From assembly GCF_009914755.1 (NCBI RefSeq), contig NC_060934.1: a stretch of 64,000 bases of DNA. One strand, given 5' to 3'. The first letter of the stretch is position 1; the number at the start of each line of letters is the position of its first letter. The translations under genes and the position numbers were made by a program. The notes under the pieces are model-generated. The model did not search any database, was not told where the DNA came from, and saw only the letters and a program-made list of their open reading frames with translations. Positions 30,945 to 49,896 of the stretch are shown here, one piece after another. This DNA is from the human T2T-CHM13v2.0 reference genome, Homo sapiens.

Positions 30945-31765
30945 TTTTATTTATTTCACCAAATATTTAGTGAACACCCTCCATGGGCCAGGCTCTGTAC
31001 TAGGCACTGGGGATACAGTAGAGGACAAAACAGGTATAGTCTCACCCTTGCCTTCATGAAGCTTAGATTCTAGCAAAGATCAATTTATGGATTACTTTCC
31101 TTTTCTCCAAAATTGTTAAATTTATGCTTTCTACCAGCTCACCAGGATTTAAACAGGTCACAGAAAGATTTTAATCAGGTGAGTAACGTGATCAGGAGTT
31201 CATTACTTAAAAGGTCATTCTATTGGGTAGTCAATGGAGCAGAGTGGACTGGAGAGGCCAATTGCCAAATCAGTCGGAAAGAGGTGAAGGTCAATGTGGG
31301 GAGGCCAAATATGACACTGGTAAGTACTTCAAGGTAAGAGATGCTGGTCAACTGGACAAGGGTAAAGGAAAGGGAAAAGAAAACAATAGGTGGATTTGAG
31401 AGATATTTAGGAGATAAACGAACCAGACTTGGTGACTGACTGATGGGTAGGGGAATGTGGTAAGAGAGAAGGATGACTCCAGGAGAACTCCTAGGATTCT
31501 GGGAGTGTGTAAATATATTGGCTCAGATTTTCATATATTATATTTTATTCTTTTATTTTTTCCCATCTATGCCCTTTGTCTAGATCCATATATTGTAAAT
31601 ATGTGACTACTACATACTTGTCTCTTCTGTTAAACTGTATAACAACTGTATAACTACTGATAATAAGTTTATTATTGTTAACATTTTTGTATCCCCAGTA
31701 TCTCCTACAATATCTGGTATATAGTTGAAGCTCAATAAATGATGCTGAATAAATGATTAATTGAA
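30945..31765. mobile_element. L2 remnants
   Basis: aaatatttagtgaacacc...taggcactggggatacag and gctcaataaatgatgctgaataaatga L2 3' signatures. Confidence 0.6.
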
Positions 31766-32914
31766 TAGTCGATTGTCTTCAGACTTAATAAGATTTTAGC
31801 TATCATAAGGTCCAAAATTAGATATAATACCCTCACAAAGGCCTAAAACTCCTTAAGTAGAGGAAGACTACTTATGCTGAATACCCATTCTCTAAAAAAG
31901 GTGTGTCTTGGTCTATCAGTTTATTATGTATACTTTCTCTTCTATCAATTCATTCATCCTACCCAAGATTTAAAACCCAGATGTCATAAAATGGAGGTAA
32001 ACATTTGACTATAACAATAAAATTTCACTTCACACCTATCAGATTGACAAAAATTAATACCTATTAATTGCTTATTCCCAGCAGAGGGTGAGGGTAAGGA
32101 AAGGCCTCTGTTTCCTCATCTCTTAAATGGAGCTATCATGCCTAGGTGAGATGTTTCTGGTCCCAAGCAGTCATTCAGGAAAGGCTGACACTTTTCCTTG
32201 CTCTTTTACATATACTCCTCCTTCAAGATCCAGGTCAAACCATCTTCTACTAGGACATCTTCCCAGACCACTCTAACATGCAGCAACTTCTTTTCCCTTC
32301 CCTGAGCTCCTAGGGTACCTATCTATAAAATTCTTCAGAAATTAATCATTGGTAGTCCTATGATTGCTCCTGTAATAAATCACTTTTACTGTTAACTATT
32401 CACATACTCTTATACTTTCTGACGTCAGCTGATTCAAATGTCAGCCATGCCACTTACTTGCTATGATTTCATTTTTCCAATGTTCGATTTTCTCATCTAT
32501 GAAATGAAAGACATATCCACCAACCTGAAAGGGTTGTCGTCACGATCTGAGATAATGCATGTGAAGGGCCCAACACATGCCCATTGCAGATGTTCAGTAA
32601 GTAGATGCCAAACAAGTGCTCCCTGAGTGCAGCTGTCATCTTTTCTCAAATGTCAATCTCCTCCCAGTTATGGCATCTCAAAAACTGCCTCACACATGGC
32701 TGCTCTTGATATTTTATTTATTCATACTTCATCTTGGTTACTATCTTGCCCACTTTAAGTTATTACTTAAAGATTTGCCCCAATTTAGCATCATATGAAT
32801 ACAAGCTCTACAAGGGTATTTTTGTATTTTGCTCTATGCTATCCTCATCACCTAAATAGTACCTGGAATATAAGTATATGGTCAACAAGTACTGGATAAC
32901 AAATGTCGTTCTGG

Positions 32915-33206
32915 GGCCAGGCATGGTGGCTCATGCCTGTAATTCCAGGACTTCGGGAGGCCCAGGCGGGTGGATCATTTGAGGTCAGGAGTTCAAGAGC
33001 AGCCTCTCCAACATGGTGAAACCCCATCTCTACTAAAAATGCAAAAATTAGCTGGGTGTGGTGGTGCACGCCTATAATCCCAGCTACTCAGGAGGCTGAG
33101 GCAGGAGAATTGCTTGAATCGAGTGAGTCGAGGCTGCGTCACTGCTCTCCAGCCTGGGCAACAGAGGGAGACTCTATCTCAAAAAATAATAATAAAATAA
33201 AATAAA
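32915..33206 (+). mobile_element. Alu with small internal deletion in right arm
   Basis: Alu consensus. Confidence 0.92.
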
Positions 33207-33502
33207 TGTAGTTCCTTCTGAGGAGTTGCCTTTATTTAAGGTATACTGTCCTCATTTAGCTAAATGGCAAGGAAGATTGATGAGATGTTCAAGATTGATG
33301 AGGTGTTCCCTCCTCAGATTTTGAACTGTGAGCAGAATAAAAACAGGGCCGAACCCATGAGAGCATGGAATGTTCCTGCTACCACAATTCTCTGGGACAG
33401 CCACTACTTGACTGTTCCCAGGTTGATTCTCATGCCTTACCTTCACTCCTGTGAGCTCACCCATGTCCTTCCAATGAATTTCCTTTTTGCTTAAGTTAGC
33501 TC

Positions 33503-33690
33503 TGGGTTTCTCAACCTCAGCATTACTGATATTTTAGGCTACATAACTCTTTGTTGTGAGTGGCTCTCCTGTGCACTATAGCATGTTTAGCAGTATCCTT
33601 GGTCTCTACCCATCAGACGCCTGTAACATCCCTCAGTGTAACAATCGAAATGTCTCCAGACATTACCAAACAACCCCAAGTCAGGACTCA
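33503..33690. mobile_element. MER20 (hAT-Charlie), flanked by MLT1-like remnant
   Basis: tttctcaacctcagca.tactga.atttt...ctgtgcactatagcatgtttagcag...aatgtctccagacatt. Confidence 0.8.
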
Positions 33691-33884
33691 ATTAGCTAGA
33701 CTTGATTTCTGTGAAACAAAAAATCCTAAATGATGGATACTACATTCTGGGCAACTTTTCATTACTGGCCTATACAGAAATATCTCATTTGTTTACTAGC
33801 TCATGTTATATGGGTATGTCATAAATTATTGAGTAGTAAGTCTACTAACAGATTTTAAGGTTGCATCTGGTGTTATTATTAAAT

Positions 33885-37575
<3,691 letters not shown>

Positions 37576-38109
37576 GTGGTCTTTTTCTCTTCCTCTTACA
37601 AGCAAGCTGCAATTGGAAATAACAGATCAGTGAACACCCTGGCTTTTGCTTCAGGGCCCAAAATGTTTAATACTTGCTTTCTGACACGTTCCCAAAATGT
37701 TGCTTGATTTTTCTTATTTTTCAGTAAATTATATTCCTATTTGTTTGAGTTCTGGGTAACTCACAATGGCTGCAGTCTGTGTTTTTCCAAAGCAATATCG
37801 TCCCCCCTTGATAATCCACTTTCATTTTTCCTTCACAGTACTCCAGCATATGTCTATTTATAGCACTTCATACTTCACGTTCATTGTCATCTTTATTCCT
37901 TCCAACAGAAGATCTGCTATTGTGAGCAGGGGCCACTACTAATTTCTGTAAAGGCTTGAGATCAACAGAGGTTTGGGATAATAGGAAACTTTTAAAGTCA
38001 AGTTTTAGGAGCAACAGCTATTAATCAGTTTGGGGTAAAGAACCTTGCCAGGAGTGAAAAAAAATAAAAAGCAAAAAAACAGGCAAAGGTATCAATAAAA
38101 ATAAAAACT

Positions 38110-39900
<1,791 letters not shown>

Positions 39901-39909
39901 TCTCTCTTT

Positions 39910-40364
39910 CAGGTAAAAATAGTGTGCCACAAAAAAGCAACCAGTTCAGTTTGCATCTTAATTGTATCTATTATCATACTTTGGATACAGAAGTATGCAT
40001 ACTGCCCACTTTATCATATAGATTGTTAAAAATATGTGTATCTAAAAGTCAAGGTTAATAAAATGAGTATCTTCTACTGTTTAATCATGGACATTAAGTG
40101 AAACTAGTTTTGTTTTGTTTTCTTTTTGCATGCACATGGTAATGAAAACTATGATCATTACTACTATTGGTTCCAATGTCTTGAATGGTGCTAAGGTGCA
40201 GAGTTTTATCTACTGTTGCCGGTGCCATCAGTGTAAATGCTAACGCAGTGAAAAATGCAAATAATGTTTTACTACTATTATGAAATAGTCTTGACTTCAC
40301 ATGTTCCGTGGAAAGGGTCTCAGAGAACCCTGGGGTCTGCAAGGCCATACTTTGAGAACTGCTG
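39910..40364 (-). mobile_element. Charlie1-like (hAT) terminal fragment
   Basis: tattatgaaatagt.ttgac...gaaagggtctc...ggggtc...atactttgagaactgctg. Confidence 0.7.
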
Positions 40365-40757
40365 CTCTATGAAATCCATGCTTGTTTAAAAAGCAAAATA
40401 ATTCTTTACATATACATTTTCTTATAAAATTGATACTTCAGGAACAAGCTACAGAAAGTTTCTCTGCCCTCGACCATTGCATGGCCCAGGGATACATAAG
40501 CCAAAGAGAGGAATGTAAGCAAGGATAATGAAAAGTAATGGGTCTCCCACCATATTTATAAGGAGAAAGCAAAATTGACAGATGATATTGATTTATGAAA
40601 TTTTGTAAATATCTACCCCATTACAGTGAATATATGCAGATAAGATTCTATTCTCTGGGTAGCAAATGAAGATAGGTTTCAAACAGTCCTCTATAAGTAG
40701 CAAGTGAAGCCTCTCTCTAGAACTAAGAAACTAAAGTCAAATCAAAGTAACACTGTA

Positions 40758-41619
40758 GGCCAGGTGCAGTGGCTCACGCCTGTAATCCCAGCACTTTGGG
40801 AGGCCAAGGCAGGTGGATCACTAGGTCAGGAGTTTGAGACCAGCCTGACCAACATGGTAAAACCCCATCTCTACTAAAAATACAAAAATTAGCCAGGTGT
40901 GGTGGCGCGTGCCTGTAATCCCAAACTCAGGAGGCTGAAGCAGGAGAATTGCTTGAACAGGGAGATGGACATTGCAGTGAGCCAAGACTGCACCACTGTA
41001 CTCCAGCCTGGGTGACAGAGCAAGATCCCATCTCAAAAAAGAAAGAAAGAAAAAAACATAATACCGTAGATGTTAAACCAGTAAAACATATTCTGGGGAC
41101 CAAAGTCTCCTCTTAATGTCCTTTAGAGAGCAACAGGGACATTATCTACTTCAACTACTTAACCTATATAAGGATCATCAAAAACTAATAGCCATGTTAA
41201 AGCAAACTTCTGAAAATGCTTACAGACCATGGTCAAGTTACTGAGACCTAGCCGAGGCTTAACTTATTTCTGTTTCCAACCCACCATACATACCACTCCA
41301 AGATTAATCCCCTAAATCAGCCAGGCACAGTGGTTCATGCCTGTAATCCCAGAACTTTGGGAGGCCAAGGCAGGTGGATCACTTCAGCTGAGGAATTTGA
41401 GGACAGTTTGGGCAACATGGCGAAACCCTGTCTCTACAAAAAATACAAAATATTATCTGGGCATGGTGGCGTGTGCCTGTAGTCCTAGCTACTCAGGAGG
41501 CTGAGGTGGGAGGATCACCTGAGCCCGGTAGGCAAGGCCACAGTGAGCCATGATTTCACCACTGCACTCCAGCCTGGGTGACAGTGAGACTCTCTCAAAA
41601 ATAAAAATAAAAATAAAAA
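40758..41619 (+). mobile_element. Alus 40758-41056 and 41319-41619
   Basis: Alu consensus; TSD aatcccctaaatca around the second. Confidence 0.93.
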
Positions 41620-41938
41620 TCCCCTAAATCACCCTCACCTTTACTGAAGAACTTTCAGTAATAATTATTAAGAGCCCTTAACCACATGTCTGGCCTTGTA
41701 CTGAACAATTTAAATGAATTTTCTCATTTATTCCTCCCAGGAATTCAAAAAGGGAGGATCTATAATTCTCCCCACTTCCGCTGGAGATGAAGAATCTGAC
41801 TAAAAGAGATTCTGTAACCTGCCCAAATCAAATCACCAAGCTTCTGAGTATCAATGTTAAGACTCAAACCTATGTTATCTTTGCAGAGATTCTCTAACAT
41901 TAATAATCACTTAGAGAACTTGTTAAAAAGACAGCTAA

Positions 41939-42686
<748 letters not shown>

Positions 42687-42739
42687 AGAATGGGGTCTAT
42701 TTCTTACGCCTAAACCCTCCCACAAGCAGCTTCCTCCTC

Positions 42740-43215
42740 TCCTAGGGTAGGGCAAAATTCCTTAAACTGGCCTACAAAGCTCTTTGTTTCACAGCCTTTC
42801 ACTCACTGATATTTTTGGTTTTCTCTTGCCTCAAGATCTCCTTTCTGTTTCAGTTTCTTCTATTCATCATTTCCTTCACAAGGCATTTGTACACGCTGTT
42901 CTTTGGCCTGGAATGTTCTTCCCTCTTCCCTTTATCTAGTTAATGCCTGCTTTTCTTGGGGCCTCGGTATAACAGACACTACCTCAGAGAAACTTTCCAT
43001 GACCTCCTGGTCTAAGTCAAATCCTAGTTATAATCTCTCACAACACTATGTACCACATTTGCAATTTGATACATTTATTTATGTGATAATCCTTCTCATA
43101 ATAAACTATAAACCCCACAAACAAGGTAAAAACTGTGCTTGTTTTTGCTCATCATTGTATCTTCAGTCCCTAGCTTAGCGCCTGTCACATACAATCAATA
43201 TTTTTTAAATGAATT
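42740..43215 (+). mobile_element. L2 3' fragment
   Basis: gctgttctttggcctggaatgttcttccc...acctcagagaaactttcc...aatcaatatttttttaaatgaat. Confidence 0.65.
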
Positions 43216-43259
43216 AATAGATTCAAGGTTTTTTAACTATTCTCCCGATTTAACCAGTT

Positions 43260-43999
<740 letters not shown>

Positions 44000-44124
44000 T
44001 AACAGATCTATAGTTCAAGTTATAAAGGATAACTTCTTTCTTTACATCCTTTCATTCTTACCCAGACCCAAGATCCTTCTTTACCTCTTCACCTACATTA
44101 ATTACTCCTCTTGCTACAAAGTAG

Positions 44125-45632
<1,508 letters not shown>

Positions 45633-46004
45633 TATCATAGATTTTCAACCCTACATATAAATGCAGGAGTGCATTTCAATGTGGTTTTGGTCAGATTAAG
45701 GTCTTAATAATCTAGACTTTTTTCCTTCAAAATCAGAGAATATATTGTAATTCCAATTATTCTGAGTCTTATTGGAAAATGTAAGACCACAAAAAACAAA
45801 GCTGACAAACAATATTGAAATTCACACAATATGTGTCACCCATTTCAAATGTTAGGATTAATTTATTTTCTGAGTTTTATCAATCACTATTTTTGCCCAT
45901 ACTAATAAGAAACAAAGTTGATAATAAAGAATTATCAGTTATCTGTTTATATGCTTCTTTTCAGATACCCTTATGAACATTTTCTGTGGAGCTAATTACT
46001 CTTT

Positions 46005-46925
46005 TAAAAGCTTTATTGAGATGTAATTTATGTAACATTAAAATTCACCCCTTTTAAGTGTACAATGGGTTTTTGAGTATATTTACAGTTTTGCCACTAT
46101 TACCATAATCTAATTTTATCTTATTTGTGATATAATTCACAAAATTATATAACCAGAACCATTATCTAATTCTAGAATACTTTCATCCCTCTAATAAGGA
46201 ACCTCATACTCATTAGCAGTCACTCCCCATTTCTCCCCAACTCCTTCAGCCCTATGCAATCACTAGTCTACTTTCCGTCTCTATGGAGTTGCCTATTCTT
46301 GACTTTTCATGCAAACAGAATCATACAATATGTGGTCTTTGTGACTGGCTCCTCTCACTTGGTATAATGTTTTCAAGGTTCTTTCATGTTATAGCATGTA
46401 TCATAACTTTATTCCTTGTTTTCTCCTAATAATATTCTATTGTATGATACACCACATGTGGTTTATCCATTCATCAACTGGTGGATATTTGGGTTTCCAC
46501 TTTTTGGCTATCAAGAATAATGCTGTAGGCCAGGTGCTGTGGCTCATGCCTGTAATCCTAGCATTTTGGGAGGCCGAGGTGGGAGGATCATTTGTGCTCA
46601 TGAGTTCGAAACCAGCCTGGGCAACATGGCAAAACACCATCTCTACAAAAAAAATTTTTTTAAGCCAGACATGGTGGTGCGCCCCTGTAGTCCTAGCTAC
46701 TTGGGGGGCTGAGGCAGGGGGAGTGCTTGAGCCCCTGAGGCTGAGGATGCAGTGAGCTGGCGCCACTGCACTCCAGCCTGGATGACAAAGCGAGACTCTG
46801 TCTCAAAAAAAAAAAAAAAAACCCAGAATAATGCTGCTATGAACATTCACAAACAAGATTTTGTGTAGACATGTTTTCATTTCTCTTGAAAATACCTAGA
46901 AGTGGAATTACTGGGTCACATGCTA
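46005..46925 (-). mobile_element. L1MB-type 3' end with inserted AluJ (46528-46820 +)
   Basis: agctttattgagat..., atatgtggtcttt gtgactggct, ttttcatttctcttg; TSD agaataatgctg. Confidence 0.85.
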
Positions 46926-47309
46926 ATCACTCTTTAGACCAGTAACAGGATTTTTTTCTACTTTAAAAGGTTTTTGACACAGCCAGAAAGCTGATTTTTC
47001 ATAAAAATGCAAACATAAAATCCATTTGTTGGTATAATAAGGTCAAGGTGCACAAGTCTTTGCTATCAACAAAAGGTATCATATTTTCCAATTTCAGTTG
47101 AAACAGACATTCTAACATTGGTTAAGATCTTAGAATCTTGGAGTTTGTACTAGTGTACTTAATCCATATGCTGGGATAAAATTCTGTTTTTAAGCAGGAA
47201 GTATATATCCAACTCCCATGGCTGACAACTGCTTAAGAAATAAGTACACAATAAGGTTAGACTGACACAGCACAAGGAGCAAAAAATAATAATTTAAAAT
47301 GTTAAGACA

Positions 47310-48066
47310 CCGGGCTGTGCACGGTGGCTCACATCTATGATCCCAGCCCTATGGGAGGCCGAGGCAGGCAGATCACCTGAGATCAGTTCAAGATCAGCCT
47401 GGTCAACATGGTGAGACCCTGCCTCTGCCAAAAATACAAAAGTTAGCCAGGCATGGTGGTGCGAGCCTGTAATCCCAGCTACTCCGGAGGCTGAGGCACG
47501 ATAATCACCTGAACCCGGAGGAGGAGACTGCAGTGAGCCAAGATAGTGCCACTGCACTCCATCCTGAGCAACACAGCGAGACTCCGTCTCAAAAAAATAA
47601 AATAGACCAGGCGCGGTGGCTCGCCCCTGTAATCCCAGCACTTTGGGAGGCCGAGACGGGCTGATCGCCTGAGGTCAGAAGTTCGAGACCAGCCTGGTCA
47701 ACATATAGTGAAACCCCATCTCTACTAAAAAACACAAAAATTAGCTGGGTGTGGTGGCACACACCTGTAGTCCCAGCTACTTGGGAAGCTGAGGCTAGAA
47801 GGATCACTTGAAGTCAGGAAGTGGAGCTTGCAGTGAGTCAAGACAGCGCCACTGCACTCCAGCCTGGGCAACAGAGCAAGACTCCATCTCTCAAAATCAA
47901 TGAATTAATTAAATAAATGAATTAATTAAATAAAATATTAGACACTGGTCACATGCGGTGACTCACATCTGTAATCCCAACACTTTGGGAGACCAATGCG
48001 GGTGGCTCGCTTGAGCCCAGGAGTTGCAAGACCAGCCTGGGCAACATGGCGAGACCGCGTCTCTAC

Positions 48067-48128
<62 letters not shown>

Positions 48129-48225
48129 TTATATATTATAAATGTATATATGTATTATATATTATAAATGTATTATATATTATATAATACATATATATTA
48201 TATATAATACAAATATATATAAAAT
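47310..48225 (+). mobile_element. Alu cluster 47310-47602, 47604-47931, monomer 47947-48100, followed by AT-rich microsatellite (48100-48225)
   Basis: Alu consensus; long A run grading into (TA)n. Confidence 0.92.
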
Positions 48226-49292
48226 ATTAGACACCCCGATTAAACTAAATACTCATTTTCTTTCCCTAGGAGGAGTGTGTGTGTATGTGTGTGGTGGGGG
48301 GGGGGGGGTGCTGTTTCTCAAAAACATATTTCAAAAATTGGAGGCCAAGTAAGCTTCTGGTCACATTTTTTGGGTTTGTTGTTTTTTCCCAGCAATGAAC
48401 ACTCTAGTTCAAATATACTTCGCAAATTTTGAACAGATAATGAAAAGTTGATTGTAAAATTCTACATATAAAAAGAGCTTTAAAAACACATTTTCATTTT
48501 TTAAAAAATCAAACACCTTGTAGCAGATATTAGACATAATCAAGGGAAAACTACCAGCGTCCTACCAATCACAGCCCTAGAGAAAACGCCACAGGTCGTC
48601 CAAAAAACGCATTCGTTTGAGCCGACAGCTCTTTCCTCCCGCCAAAGCTATCCCTCGAACGTCAGAAGCTGACCCAAGGAGTGACTGATGATTTCTCCTT
48701 TTTGATTCCCCACCCCCGCCACTCCCAATCCACCTGCTTGAAGGTGTCAACGCGACTAGAAACGGTTAACAGTGACCAGCAGCAGAGAGAGAAACAAACA
48801 TCCCTGACAACCCACAGCTGAGTAAGCAAGAGCTGTTTATTCACCAACGTGTTCCATTTGGAGACTGTCGGCGAGCCCTGGAAAGCCCAGGCACATTTGA
48901 GAAGGTTCCTGGAGAGGGAGAGAATCATCTTTCCTTCCCCCAACTCCCCAGCCCCAAACACACAGAGAGACTCGGGTGGAAGCTGTCTGGTCCAGGCAGT
49001 CCCTATTTGCCCGCCCCCTCAAGAAGAACCTCACGCACCAAACCAACCGACCCCTCGCGGAGGTGGTGTAATTCCCCCAAAATGGGCTCTGCCGCAGGAG
49101 AGGCTGGCTCCAGCGCCGGGGGCTTCGGAAGGAGTTTCTGCCACCCCCACTGCCGCCACTGACCGCCCCGACGCCACGGCCGGGGCCGGGGACCCTGATA
49201 AGAAATGGCCCTTCAGCCCCCTCCCCTCACCTGGCTCGGTCCCACCTGAGGGCAAGAGCGGAGGCAAAAACAAACAGGCAGGGAGGGCTGAC

Positions 49293-49445
49293 CTTGTTGC
49301 TACCGACAGTGGAGCGGCGCATCCTGCTGCTTCCTGGAAAGCGGCCCGAAAGACATTTTTTCCCCCTGGAGGAAGGAAACGGGAGGGCGCCGGCCAGACG
49401 GCGGCAGGCGCGGAGGCGTTGGTCCGGGCGGGCTGTGCAGCCTCT
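49293..49445 (-). other. CPEB3: CPEB3 non-coding first exon (upstream limit approximate)
   Basis: Minus-strand donor CAACAAG|GTCAGC at 49293/49292 in the CpG island, divergent from MARCHF5. Gene name comes from the known head-to-head CPEB3-MARCHF5 arrangement, not from coding sequence in the window. Confidence 0.7.
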
Positions 49446-49462
49446 AGTGGAGACGGTCCGAA

Positions 49463-49482
49463 GACTACATCTCCCAGGCTGC
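49463..49482 (+). promoter_or_regulatory. ZNF143 (SBS)/THAP11-type motif
   Basis: GACTACATCTCCCAGGCTGC matches ACTACAnnTCCCAnnnTGC, a motif typical of bidirectional promoters; it sits between the two inferred start sites. Confidence 0.8.
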
Positions 49483-49861
49483 TCTGGGCCGCCCTGCGTC
49501 GTAACCCTGGCGCGCACGGAGGCGGCGACTCTTACCTCACAAAGGTAGCTCCTCCGCCGGCAGCAACTCGGCGCCCGCGGTCCATGGACCGGAACCTCGG
49601 GCCGACGGACGGGAACCCGGGCCGCGATCGCCGCCTCCCCGCCTCAGGCTCCTCCTCCTCGCTCTCCGCCGCCTCCGCCGGACTCCCGCAGGCCCTGCAC
49701 CGCCGCCGCCAGGCTAGCGGAGCTGCCCCGGGAAGCTGGGTGACGGGTTCGCGGCTGCCGCCGGACTGCGGCCTACTCCGCCGCCTCTCAGTGCTATTGT
49801 CCCTGGGCCTGGCCTTGAGCGGGTCCACTGGGGAAGGCCGTGTGCGCCGGCTCCGCGGAAG

Positions 49862-49896
49862 ATGCCGGACCAAGCCCTACAGCAGATGCTGGACAG
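49862..49896 (+). CDS. MARCHF5: MARCHF5 (MITOL, mitochondrial RING-CH E3 ubiquitin ligase) first coding exon; rest of the CDS is beyond the window
   Basis: GGAAG-ATG CCG GAC CAA GCC CTA CAG CAG ATG CTG GAC AG|gtacgg translates to MPDQALQQMLD(R), the recognised N-terminus of MARCHF5. A at -3, phase-2 GT donor at 49897, inside a CpG island. Confidence 0.95.
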
